Source: Adineta vaga (lineage: Eukaryota > Animalia > Rotifera). From it: 64,000 nt of DNA. The position numbers were made by a program, and so were the translations under genes. The notes beneath the pieces are model-generated. The model had not been told where the DNA came from, searched no databases, and saw only the letters and a program-made list of their open reading frames with translations. This document shows, piece by piece, positions 13,674 to 26,451 of this stretch; position 1 is the stretch's first letter; each line of letters begins with the position of its first letter. The stretch is taken from the NCBI GenBank assembly GCA_021613535.1, contig CP075493.1, forward strand, positions 17,856,001 through 17,920,000, given 5' to 3'.

Positions 13674-13845
13674 CAAAATTAACTAATGAGAAAAATGAGC
13701 AAAATAATTTTAAAGACAAACATATTACTAATATTACAATAACAAAAAATAGAGAGGAATACGAAAGAAATAATTAAGAACGAATTGATTTCAGAAGCTT
13801 ATTTTATCCTTTAAAAAACATACATGTACAAGTTGAAAAGACATT

Positions 13846-14602
13846 TCGAGTATTAAACTTTTAAATTCGAGTATTCGAGTATTAAACTTCTTCGAGTATT
13901 AAATTTATTCTTCGAGCATTAAACTTCTTCTTCGAGTATTAAATTTATTCTTCGAGTATTAAACTTATAAATCTATAACTCGAAGATTCGAGTTTTCGAG
14001 CTTTAAACTATTAAACTTATAAATTTATAAGTCGAAGATTCGAGTATTCGAGTTTTCGACTTTTAAACTTGTAGAGGGTGAGGGTGTGGGGTGCTATTAG
14101 TGAGGGGACTCTGTGTGATGGTGCTCTCAGTGAGGGTGTGGGGGTACTCGGTGTGAGGGTGTTCTTAGTGAGGGGACTCTGTGTGAGGGTGCTCCTGGTG
14201 AGGGTGTGCGGGTACTCTGTGTTAGGATGCTGTTAGGGTGAGGGTGGGAGTGGCGCATGAGCGTGCTTTGACTAGGGGTGAGAGTAGTACTCAGCGCGGG
14301 GGAAAGGGAGGATCCTTTGGGTGTGGGTGCGGCATGAGAGGAGCGGGTGCAGCGTAATATGATAGTTTAGCAGGAAGGGCGATTTTAGAGCGCAACGTAA
14401 AAAGGGGTACTCCCAGTTGCTACAGTTTTCAAGCTCCAAACTCGAATACTCGAATCTTCGACTTATAAATTTATAAGTTTAATAGTTTAAAACTCGAAAA
14501 CTCGAAGCTTCGAGTTATAGATTTATAAGTTTAATACTCGAAAACTCGAATACTCGAATTGTAGATTGATAAGTTTAATACTCGAAGAAGAAGTTTAATA
14601 CT
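13846..14602. repeat. Foldback element with modular inverted arms and a G-rich core
   Basis: Left arm made of TTCGAGTATTAAACTT modules (13846-~14070), inverted right arm (~14440-14602), core of GTGAGGG/TGTGGG-type repeats at 14071-14330. Confidence 0.65.
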
Positions 14603-16699
14603 TGGATCGAGTTAACGATTTCTACACTACTCTTAAAAAAACACTTAACGAAAGATTTTCATCAGATAATCATAAAGAAAGAATATATTACTAGTTCTTT
14701 TATAGAATAGAACATTTCGACGAGACAGCAATTATGCATATAAAAAATATAGCAAATACCTTCGATAGGCTATTTAATTGATTTACTTTCCAACCAATAA
14801 GACTATCCAACGTATCATAATATTTCATCTAAGAGATATCATGATATTTCGTTGATAAGTACAATCAATAAACAGATAACTACTTAATGTCAGTGAGCTC
14901 GGTGTGACTGAAATCTTCAGTGCACCGAGAGGATCAGTGCATCACTGATATACTGAATCAAGGTACGGTGTTTCAGTGCTGTCGGTGTGCGCTGCCGTCA
15001 CCGCCGGTGTTCGTCGGTGCTCAGTTAGTCAACACCGCACATCCCTATCACCAACTTTAAAATCGCTTTCGAGTCAAAACATTGTTTAATAAATGTAATT
15101 GACCATGCTGATTCAGAATATCACGGTCTCTACGGCTAATTCTATCACAAAGATCCGGTTCTCTAAAAACCGGGGCTCTGGAAAATCAACTTTTTTTCCA
15201 CATGTTGTTTTTTATAATCCCAGGTTATAGAGCATATCAAATTATGTATGTATCAACATGTATTTCTTTCTTGGAAGAGTGGACTCTAAGAAAAAAAAAA
15301 ACTTTTGTACTTTTATACGAAAATCCTTTGGCATGCATCCCTTATACGAAGTTGGACGACTGTATGTCTTAGGAAAAATCGATACGAAATAGAAACAACT
15401 CTTGTTTTAGAGACAACTCGATATGCTCTATAACCTGAGATTATAAAAAACAACATTTCGAAAAAAAGTTGGTGTTCCAAAGCCACAGTTTTTAGAGAAT
15501 CGGATCTTTGTGATAGCATTAGCCGTAGAGATCATGTTATTCGGAATCAACATGGTCGATTACCTTTAGTGGACTGTTTTGAATCGAAGGCGATTTAAAA
15601 GTTGGTGACCTCCTCTCGTCAGTATTGAATTGCGAACAAAATAGACTTTACTTTTTCAAAAACTCAACCTTAATTTTTTTCGAAAATTTCTCGGGGTGAA
15701 AAGGTCAAAAAATGAGTTTTACTGGATCCTTATAAAAACCATAGCATTTTATTCATGATTCGATGCTGAGGATCATTGTATAGTTTTTGTGAAGTTTCTT
15801 TCTTTACCTAGCCTGGAATATGATTTTGTGGCAAAAAGGTGAAATTCTCCGACGGACAATACTATCTATCTCTTATTCGACCAACCTAAGCTTACTAAAA
15901 GTAACCTGATATTCTAAAAGCTTGTATAGAGCTGTGTAACCTCTATATACAATATTTTTATCCATATTGTTTTGTTTCGCAGTGAAGCGCCAAACTCTCA
16001 GGTTCCCCTGAAAAAAAAAGAACTACCTGAGGTGTTCTATAACGGGTGATATTCTTTTCAATAACCGCTTTCCGTAGAAAAATATTAATAAAATTTATAC
16101 CGATATTAGAACGAATTAGTCTCTATATACATTACAAATTTCAGGAAGTTTGCATTTATCGATGAGGAGATACGGGTCCTACAATTCGACAAAATGAAAC
16201 TCTGTAACGCTTGCTATACGTTATATGCATCAGTATCTTCACAATAGCTTCCCAATATTAATAGGTACACTGAAAAAAATATCCGCATAGTAATCTACCC
16301 TTGCCCTTAATAACTTTGTCAATCAACCTTTTAAGCGTTTATTTCAAAGTTATCAATCCTTTTAGGGTTGAATACTCCAAGGGTTGAGCACGGGATAAGT
16401 TTATCAAAGTTGAAAGGGTATATGAAAGTTGCTTAAGAGTTTCTTATCAAGATAAGAGTACTTTGTATAACCTATATGAGTAGATTATTGTACGCGTACA
16501 AAAAAAGGATATTTCATTATTCGATTCTGGATTGATTATATTACTTTCGATTTAAATGGGTATGTCACTCTACTTTTCTGAAAATAGCACAGTATTTCTT
16601 GGATAACTCGACTATTATTCTACGCCCATGGGTAGATTATACTATGATTTCTTTCGAAAGGTTTAGTACAGTACGTATAAGGGTTGATTCATCTACTTT

Positions 16700-17360
16700 T
16701 CAATCTAAAAGGTTTATTATTGTACGGAAAGAGTTTTGCTTTATACAAATTGTCATCAAAGATTTATTATTATCCAGTGAAAAACTAATTTATGTATTTC
16801 TTCAGGATTGCAATACATTTCATTTAGTCTCATGATTGTTAGAATGTCTTTTATATGTTGGCTGAAGTTTATTATTCTACATACAAATATTGATTCTTCT
16901 ACTTCTTCATATAAAAAGGTTTATTACTCTACCTAAATTGATTTAGCATTCTACATCTTATTATATAAGTATTTATCATTCAACTGTAATTGATTTAGCA
17001 TTTAGTTCTTTGTAGGAAACGGTTCATTAGTGTACATGAATTGATTAAGTATACACATCCTTTGTGCAAATGCAAAAGAGTATATTACTCTACCTGATTT
17101 GGTTTAGAATTACACATATTGCTATGAAAGGATTTATCATTCCACCATAATTGATTAATCATTCAAAATCTTGGTATGAACAGGTTTATCACTCTACCAT
17201 GATTGGTTTAATGTTCTACTTATTTATATAAAAGGGTATATTACTCTACTTGATTTGGTTTAGTATTCTGCGTATTCTTATAAAACGGCTCATTACTCTA
17301 CACATATAGGTTGATTGTAATATACTTTCTCCGAGAAGCCTTTTATTACTCTATCTCTAC
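16700..17360. repeat. Degenerate ~52-bp-period 5' subterminal array of CACTA copy 1
   Basis: GGTTTAT(T/C)A(C/T)TCTAC-like motifs recur about 52 nt apart (e.g. ~17131, ~17183, ~17235), with TTGATT/TTGGTT half-sites between them. Confidence 0.6.
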
Positions 17361-18076
17361 ACATAGATTATTTTATATATTTTTTAAAAGTAGGTTGATA
17401 TTCAGAATTCAACTCTATTCTTTTCCAGTCTATATTTCAAACGTGAATGGGAAGTAATTATCAATACATGTACATCAAAACAGAAGAAATGTAAAATGAA
17501 TTTTTATTATTGTTTAGAGAACATCTTTGATTAAGAATAATATGAAATACATAAGAAGCTTTTTGTTAGGGCATCTTTTATAATGATTGAAATATTTTGA
17601 GCCGCTATCACCATCTATCAAATTGTTTTACTATTAGATGAATTATAAATAGTAACTATAGACAATTGAATACAATACATCTTTCAGTGGCTTTGTTGTG
17701 TATAGAATTGTTTATCCCTTTGTATTCTAACAACTATATCGTCCGTCGATACATACAGAAGTTTTATTTTCAGAATTTCAAATAATACTTATATAATTCT
17801 CAAATGATGAATTGGTCTTGTGAACAAGTGATTCGTTGGTGTAGAACTTTTATCGATCATGATTCGATTATATCTCGGATTGAAGGTCAGTTTATTTTTA
17901 TTTATTAGAAAAATGCATGATATTATCATTTGTTGACGCTGGTTCTATGTATTTAATTTTAATTTAATCTTTCGTATTTTACATTAGAAATAGATATCTA
18001 ATAGAATATAACTGCGATAGTGTTTATATTTTTTCGATCTGATCTTTCTTTTAATTCTTTTTCTTTTCACTAAAGT

Positions 18077-18145
18077 AGAAGCGCGCATCTATATAATATA
18101 GTAGATTTAAATAGTTCGTGGCTTTTGTTCATTGGTTAGTATTAG
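18077..18145 (+). promoter_or_regulatory. Putative internal promoter of the transposase (GCGCGC box + reverse CCAAT box)
   Basis: AGAAGCGCGC and ATTGGTTARTATTAG are conserved at the equivalent place in copy 2 (~47411-47485, - strand) within otherwise diverged intron sequence. Confidence 0.4.
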
Positions 18146-21100
18146 TTATCAACTGTTTATTTTATCCTTATTATTATATAAATAATCGTAAACTAGAATA
18201 TCAAATAGAAACCGATAAATCAATTCATTTCGTAATTGATATTTTATGTCATCATACATATGTCCGCTTTGCTTGACGGATCGAAAGTTCGCCAGCTTTG
18301 CTAAAATGTTCAAACACATTACACTTTATCATCAAAATGAACCGAATTTCCAAATAGTATGTGATTTACATAACGCATGTGGTGTTCGCTACCGCACTTA
18401 TGCTGCTTATAAGTCACATATATATCGAAAGCATTTAATTGAATTACATTCTACAGAAAAATCCAATAACAATATATTTTCAACTAATGATCAACAAAAG
18501 CAAAATATGAATTTTTATATGGAAAACGATTCATTGAATACTGACGACAATGATGCATTATATTTTAATGATGATCCAGAAACAGTAGCATCAAATGATT
18601 ATATATCTCAGTATACATCATCATTTTATTCAAGTAATAATAGTGAAGAAACAATAGTTTCTATTAAAGATATCAAAAAATCGTTTGTTTCATTTATTCT
18701 ACAATTACGTGAAGAATTTTTATTACCAAAAAATGTTACGAATATTATTGCTACATATATTACTACATTATTATATCATATTGAAATTTTATCTGGTAAA
18801 GAAGCATTTGATTATCATGTGCATAGTCATTCATTTACATCATCATCTTTTCAACATCAAAACACCAAAGTAGTTCAATTTGATCAATTGATACATCTTT
18901 TGAACGATATACGCTACGCAGTTGAGTCCATAACAAAGAATGAATACCAATTTATCAAACACTGTAGTGAATATTCTGATTTTGAACCTGTTGATGAAAT
19001 TGTTGTATCAGCTCCTAATGAAACTTTTGATGCTGGATATTTTATTCCTATCGACAAAACGTTATCTTCAATGTTGAATTGTCAACCATTATCTTTTAAT
19101 ATACTTGAAAATATTCATCAACAACAGTTAGCAACTGAATTAGATGGTGATTTAATGTTCTCAATTAGAAATAGTTATCACGGTTTAAAATTAGATGATG
19201 ATCATTTATTACTTCAGTTATATATTGACGACATCGGATTAACTAACCCTTTGGGGTCAAAACGTGATCAACATAAGATGTCAATGATATATTTCACACT
19301 TGAAGACGTACCTGATCAATATAGATCAAGAATGGATTTCGTCCAGTTGGTTGCGATTTGTGAAAGTAGAATTTTGAAGGTATGAGCCTCATTAAAAACC
19401 CGATAATAAATAGTTTTGTTAATGAGAATTTTCTTTTGTTTTGAGCAAACATCAAATAAATTTTTCCTTCGAATAAATCGTACTAATTTACTTTCGTGAA
19501 AAAATGAAAATATTTGTTACTATTGTTTCATATAATACACTGAAAAAATGTAAACTTTACTATCCATCTTAAAAACAACGATACCATACTATGCTACATT
19601 TATTTTATTTGGATTTTTTGAGGACAATGTCAAAGCAAGACGATTCTTCGAACCAATCATCAAGAACTTGAACCACTTACAGCTGCACGGTCTTGTGATT
19701 AATGGTTTTCATTTTAAATTTACATTTTCCACTGTTGTAGCGGATAATTTGGCGGCTAACTGGTTAGGTGGGTTCCAATCGTGTTTTAACAATGGCTTTT
19801 TCTGTCGAAGATGCTATATTAATTATGCAGAGAAAAGCTTACCAATTACATTGCAACAGATTAAAAGTCGTTCAATTATTGATCATGATCAACTAGTTAA
19901 AGATATTTTAAATGATCCTAATCAATCTTCTCGGATGGGCGTTGTCGGTCAAAGTCCATTAAATGATCTTATTGGTTTTCATCCAACAACATCATTACCG
20001 GGAGATTGTATGCACGATTTTCTAGAAGGAGTATGCCCATTGGTGATAATGGCTCTCTTAAAACAAGCTTCAGCAATGCGTCTTATAACCTATGGTAGGA
20101 AGTAATTTTTTATTTCGGAATATTGTATAAACGTCTATCGAAATATCTAGTCTAGATTCTGTTGTAATTCAATTTAAATTGATTAATTTTAATCATCTTA
20201 ATTTTTATCTAAACAAATTATTTTATGAGAGAGAGAAAAGAGTAAATAATCGATTGAGATAACATTATCAAATTTGAATCAATTTGAATTATTTTCTATA
20301 ATTAGTTCTAATATCTTTATAATTTTTATTGAGAAATATATCAAGAATTCTTGATATAATGCATTTGGTATTTTTTTTTCATTTTCTTTCCGATTTCATA
20401 AGCTTGTACAATAAGGAACAGTTGCTCTAATAGGTATACGAATTTCTGTTGTGGTGAAAAATTTTTTTAAGACTACATTTTTCTTTTCCACATGATCATA
20501 CTTTTTTCTTCTATAAAATTACCGACTTAACTGAGCAAAATAATTTCTTGTTAAATTCTTCAAAATTGATTTACCTTGAGTATCTTCGAGCAGATTATGT
20601 TGAAACATTTTCATCTATAACTGATTAGAATTGATTCACTTTTGAATAATGATATATTTTCATATTAAAAGAAGTACAATAAATTACATCCTGATATTCG
20701 TTTAACAATAAATATCGCCTATCGCAACATATTATATGTTTTCTTTCATCTTTAAAGCTCGTATTCAAGAACGTATGGACAATTTTCAATATGGCTATTT
20801 TGATACCAGTAATCGACCACCACCTATTCAAGTGAAACATTTACAAGCTGAACGTGTTGTTGCGACGGCTTGTCAAAAGTTGTGCCTTTTCAGGCTTTTC
20901 CCGATTATTTTCCATGACTTAATCGATCACTTGCAATCTTTTATGGTTTACAAAATTCTTCGTGAAATACTAGATCTCGTTTTATCATGTCCGTTCAGAA
21001 AAAGTTGGTTGCCTGTTCTTAGTGATTTATGTTTAGCATTTCACGAGAATATGTTACTACATTTTCCCAACAAGATTTCACCCAAAGCTCACTTCGTTCG

Positions 21101-21313
21101 AGAATACGAACGAATCATTCATGATTATGGTCCAGCTACACGACAATGGTGTTTACGATATGAATCTCATCATGCTTATTTCAAAAATATTTCAACCAGA
21201 ACAAATAATTTTAAAAATACTCCAAAAACACTTGCAACTCATTTTCGACTGAAACAGTGTTTAAAATTTATTCGTTTTTCAAAACTTCAAGATTGTTATT
21301 ATGCAATAGGAAT

Positions 21314-21482
21314 TGTCACGGCATTTTGCCGTGATATCTCATGAGTCAAGGCATTCCTTACTCATGTGTATATGATTCCTGAGTCATGTATACATGAGCA
21401 AGGATATATATACGCGCTTCGCTTATGCTTGAGGGTGTCTTCCCTATTGTATTCTCTTTGATCACAATACATACTCATCACA
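21314..21482 (+). repeat. 5' LTR
   Basis: Direct repeat of 27189-27357; differs only at ATGATTCC vs ATGACTCC. Confidence 0.97.
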
Positions 21483-21483
21483 A

Positions 21484-21498
21484 TGGTGCACTGGCCGG
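21484..21498 (+). other. Primer-binding site, probably tRNA-Gly
   Basis: TGGTGCACTGGCCGG lies 1 nt after the LTR and is near-complementary to the 3' end of eukaryotic tRNA-Gly(GCC) (TGGTGCATTGGCCGG, recalled). Confidence 0.65.
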
Positions 21499-21559
21499 TC
21501 TACTGTAACCACTGAACAGTAGATCCTCCACATCAAACAATATTGGTCTCCTCTACTAT

Positions 21560-22738
21560 ATGATCCAAGAAGAAATACGTCAAGCTCGAGAACGTGCTGC
21601 CAAACAAGCTGATCAACGTGACCAACGCTCCGAAGCCCGCAACCAAACAATATCACGTTCTACTTCAACTACTTCCAAACCAACAAAAAATCTTTCAGTA
21701 TCTTCTGAACTTCAAACTCCACCACAACATATTGTATCTCCAACTCCTGTCCCTGCTGCTATTGAATCAACTATCGATATTTCAAATAATAATCTCCAAT
21801 TAGAATCCATCAACTGTGGTACAGAATCGCTTCTCTCTCATAACACTACTCAAAACCACAACGAAATTATAAATATTAAGCCACCTGTCGAAGTCAAACA
21901 CGAATCACTAGATTCTCCTATGGATTCCCATCAATCCAAAGCCATAATTGATAGTATTCCAACTTTTTCTGGAAATACACAAGAAAACGTTAACGAATGG
22001 TTAGAACTCGTCTCCCTCAAATTTGATATTCTTGGATATGATCAAGCACAGAGACGTCGTTTTATACCACAATACTTGACTGGAAATGCTGTTAAGTGGC
22101 ATCTAGCTCATCGTGACGGTCTTGCCAATTGGAATGAATATACAACAGCACTCACTGCTGCATTTCCTCAGACAAATGTCACCTCACGTGATATGAACCT
22201 GCAAAACCTATGTAACCGCAAACAACAACAAACAGAACCATTTGTTGACTACTACGCTTCTATGCTTGAACTTTGTCGTCAACATGATCCAGACATGGCA
22301 GATGTCCAAATTGTGGACTGGTTAAAAGCTGGTATGAAGAACTTTCTATATGAACGTCTTCAAGGTGAAGATTTTACCACACCTCAACTTCTCTTGGCTC
22401 GTGCTCAACGTCTCGAATTGGATCACGCTGTTCTTCAAGCTCGTAGAAATGGTTATGATTCTTCCTCATTTACTACTCCCAACAATACAACATCTGAACC
22501 AATGTATTCTACTTGGCATGACAATCCATCATCATATCAATCTTTTCCCAATCAATCTGTCATGCCATCGTACCCATCACCATTAATGTCTACTCCTGTT
22601 CCGTACCACACAAACACATTTACATCTCGTACAACATCATCACCTCGTTCGCGTTCATCACGCCGTCCTATTATATGCTACACCTGCAATCAACCTGGTC
22701 ATATCTCTCCGCAATGCCCATTACGCCCAAAATACTAA
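21560..22738 (+). CDS. gag: Gag (capsid domain + one CCHC zinc knuckle)
   Basis: IPTFSGNTQENVNEWL, LTGNAVKW, RKQQQTEPFVDY motifs; C-terminal CYTCNQPGHISPQC (CX2CX4HX4C). Confidence 0.93.
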   Translation: MIQEEIRQARERAAKQADQRDQRSEARNQTISRSTSTTSKPTKNLSVSSELQTPPQHIVSPTPVPAAIESTIDISNNNLQLESINCGTESLLSHNTTQNHNEIINIKPPVEVKHESLDSPMDSHQSKAIIDSIPTFSGNTQENVNEWLELVSLKFDILGYDQAQRRRFIPQYLTGNAVKWHLAHRDGLANWNEYTTALTAAFPQTNVTSRDMNLQNLCNRKQQQTEPFVDYYASMLELCRQHDPDMADVQIVDWLKAGMKNFLYERLQGEDFTTPQLLLARAQRLELDHAVLQARRNGYDSSSFTTPNNTTSEPMYSTWHDNPSSYQSFPNQSVMPSYPSPLMSTPVPYHTNTFTSRTTSSPRSRSSRRPIICYTCNQPGHISPQCPLRPKY

Positions 22739-25700
22739 AGGGAGCCCGAGATGGTCGTGCCTCCCTCACCTCAATCAATCCATCACTCATCGTCGTTTCT
22801 ACATACATTAATGGTAATATTATTCCCGCAATGATTGATACAGGTGCTACTCATACATTAATAACCTATTCGCTTTTCAAATCTATTTCTTCTGCTCGTA
22901 TTGAAAAATCCTTCGCTACTACTGCTATGCTTGGTGATGCATCCACTACTATCAAAGTTTACGGTTCGGTTCCCCTATGCATATATATTAATCACATACC
23001 TACACATGTTTCAGCATTTGTTGTCGATTCCTTAGGTGTTGATCTTATTCTAGGACTCGATTGGTGTCGTACATATGATGTCACAATCCGTGTTCGTCAA
23101 CAACAACTTCTCCTGCACCATCCACAATTTGGCTATACAACCGTCTCATTTCAAGATCAATTTTCAATTCCTGTTCGTCTTAAACAATCGATTCAACTTG
23201 CTCCTCACCATGAACATATTGTAACCTTAGTTACACCTTTATCATCTGCTCGTCAAGTAATTTACACTCCCGAATCAAACTTTTGCAAACAAAAGAATAT
23301 TTTTATTCCAGAAGCAATTTTAAATATTAACTCTTTTGAAACTTCTATTGTCATTTCTAATCTTGTCAAAACACCATGTACATTGCGCAAAAATACAATC
23401 ATTGGATTTATTAATTTCTTTCCTAGTCTATCTACTTCAACCAAAATTAGCGATCTTTCTTCTTCTCAAACTACAGCCTCCCTTATCAGTCTCTCTTCCG
23501 TCATAACTAGCCTTCCTTCAGGTCGATTCAGTCATTCAAAACTTAGTTTCCTCTATATCTGATCCAACTGAACGAAATATTTTTTCCACCATTCTTCAAC
23601 GGTATCGTCGAGTATTTGATACATCTCAACATACGATTGCAAAAACCAAACTTCCTCACGTCATCATTACAGGGGATCATTCACCAATTAGCGTTCGTCC
23701 TTACTATCGCAATATTCAACAGCGTAAAGAACTTCAACAAGAAGTTGACAAACTCATCCTCGATAATATTGTCCGACCGTCCACTTCTCCTTGGTCCTCT
23801 CCAGCTTTATTGAAAAAGAAACCAGATGGTACTTTCCGTTTTCTCGTTGATTTCCGTCGACTCAATAAAATTACGAAGAAAGACGCATATCCTCAACCCT
23901 CAGCCGAAGAATTAATTTATCGTCTTTCAGGACATAGCTACTTCACTAAACTTGATTTAAAAAGTGGTTATTTCCAGATTCCTATTGCAGAAGCGGATAA
24001 AGAGAAAACAGCATTCGTAACACCTGATGGACATTATGAATTTAATGTTCTCCCTCAAGGTCTTACGAATGCTCCTGCTAGCTTTCAGCGTGTGATGAAC
24101 AATCTTCTTGCTACTGGTCGTTGGGATTATGTCGTTATCTATCTTGATGACATTGTAGTTTTTTCTCATTCATTGGAGGAACACGAGCGGCACGTCGATG
24201 AAGTCTTATCTATTTTGAACAATGCTCACTTCAAAGTTTCTCCATCTAAATGTACCATCGCCGCAAGAAAAATTGAGTTTCTTGGCCACGTAGTCACTTC
24301 AGCTACAGTTGAACCTTCACCTGATAAATTACAAGCCATTCTAGATATTCCACCACCACGCACATTATCACAAGCTAATCGTTTCCTTGGCAAAATTGGC
24401 TACTACCGTAAATTTATAGATGATTTTGCAAATATCGCCGCTCCACTTCATAAAGTCACCAACAAGACTCGAACCAAAAGGATGAGTTTTACTGGCATGC
24501 AGAACAACAGGCTGCGTTTGAAAAATTCAAGAAAATTCTCACTAGTGCTCCACTCTTTCTTCACTTTCCAGATTCTTCTCTTCCTTTTATTTTATCTACT
24601 GATGCTAGTCTTACACGTATTGCTGGTATACTCAAACAAAATACTCCTAGTGGTATGAAGATTTGCTACTATAAGTCTCGACTGCTGTCAGACACCGAAA
24701 CTAGATATTCGGCTACTGAACGCGAAGCACTTGCAATTTGCTGGTGTTTGGAACAACTTCGATCATGTATCGGCACTTCACCAATCACAATAGAAACTGA
24801 CCATGAACCTCTCTCAAAAATCGATAAAAATTTCACTATCCGCAATAAAAGAATCGATTATTGGTTTCTAAAACTACAGGATATTCTACCGCAAATTACT
24901 GCAATTAAATATCGCCGAGGAGTTGATAATGTTGGTCCTGACTTTCTTACTCGATATGAACCACTCCAAGATGAATCGTCCTTGTCACTATCAACTCCTT
25001 CTGTGGCTCTTCCACCACGAACCCTACCGTCACCAGCAATTGACAATAACTGGCCCGCCGGTACTGAAAATTGGGACCAGATTGTTATCTCTCCTGTCGT
25101 AACTCGATCAAAAGCTCGAGCCATTTCTAATTCGAGTTGTAACACTTCTTCTACTACCACAAATGAGGATGATGGTGATACTCTTATTTCAACTGATCTA
25201 ACTTCACCTCAAAATCTTAGTCTACCACATATTCGCCAAGAGCAACATTCTGATCCTGAGATCTTTAGTATCACAGAACGCCTACGACAGAACCCTTCTG
25301 ATTCACTATTTATCTTAAAAGATGACATGGTCTATCGCGTTCTCTCACCTGGAAAACATTCTAATCCTTCTACTGCTATATATCTTCCAAAATCTCTCCT
25401 TTCTCTTGTTCTTCATTTATATCATGATCACCCATTAAGCGGTCATTTTGGTGTTCATCGTACACTATCTCGAATTCGCGGAAAATACTGGTGGCCTAAA
25501 ATGCACGCATCTGTTCGAAATTATATTGCCTCCTGCTCCCAATGCATACAACACAATATATCTCGAATTAAACCTCCGGGTCATCTAAAATCAATCACTC
25601 CTCCATCGAGTGTTTTTCAAATCCTACACATGGACTTTTGGGGTCCCGTCCGTACACCTTCCGCTAATGGTAATCGATATGTGCTAGTCCTTACGGACAA

Positions 25701-26451
25701 TTTATCTAAATATGTGATAGCTGAAGCTCTACCCGACTGCACTGCTAAAACAGTCGCTCAAGTCCTGATCGATCGATTTATCCTTATTCATGGAGCTCCA
25801 GAACGAATCATCACCGATAACGGCACTCACTTCAATAACCACCTACTGCGTAGCATCACAAACTCCATGAACATACCTCATGCATTCTCCGCTGCGTATC
25901 ATCCGCAAACGAACGGCCAAGTCGAGAGATTCAACGCAACTTTCGCTACCCAACTGGCCAAATATTGTGATGCGGATAAAACAGACTGGGACAAATTTCT
26001 TCCATCGGTTGTATACGCTTACAATACCAGTGTCCATTCCACAACTTAATTAACCTCATACGAACTTGCTTTTGCGCGTCACCCAAAAAGTCCTTTCGAT
26101 CCTATTTCTCCTACCATCACATTACCCCCTTTCCACTCTTTTTATACATACCTAACACAAGCCCGACAACTTCTAACCAATACAGCGCGGACCAACATAT
26201 TACAACAACAGTCTCATTGGCAACAACGGTACAACAATCATCGGCTCAACATCTCCTACCACAATGGTGGCCTTGTTTATGTACATGTCAGTAATGGTCG
26301 TTCCAAACTCGATGCTCGCTATCGGGGTCCATGTACTGTTATTGACGTATCTGGTACCCAACACTATCTCGTACAGGATAATCATACCGGTGCACAAGAC
26401 TGGTGTCACGTTAATCAGCTATTACCTGTTATTAATCGTCATTCATCTTAG
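22675..26451 (+). pseudogene. pol: Pol (protease-RT-RNase H-integrase) with two frameshifts and one stop
   Basis: AMIDTGA protease; RT with LDLKSGYFQI, PQGL, YLDD; RNase H TDAS...EREALA...TDH; integrase HHCC (H..GHFG...C..C) and DFWGP/TDNG/GQVER. Lesions near 23520, near 24480, and TAA at 26047. Confidence 0.92.

Larger units (their letters stand above)
10127..15047. mobile_element. Non-autonomous cargo-carrying hAT element (Pack-hAT), 4.9 kb
   Basis: TIR TAGGGATGTGCG...CGCACATCCCTA; perfect 8-bp TSD TCACCAAC (10119-10126 / 15048-15055); inverted subterminal block CACCGGCGGTGACGGCAGCGCACACCGA; no transposase inside. Confidence 0.9.
10109..15618. mobile_element. Tc4/Tc5-type foldback MITE (~580 bp) split by a hAT insertion
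   Basis: Ends CGAGGGAAGGTCACCAAC...GTTGGTGACCTCCTCTCG; 3-bp TSD TCA in a C-TCA-G target; long imperfect inverted arms at 15056-~15240 and ~15420-15618. Confidence 0.75.

Noticed and set aside
17886-18245. SAM exon 1 spliced in frame onto the transposase
   Set aside because: The candidate acceptors I checked (~17987, 18196, 18208) give a stop or are out of frame with the ATG at 18246.
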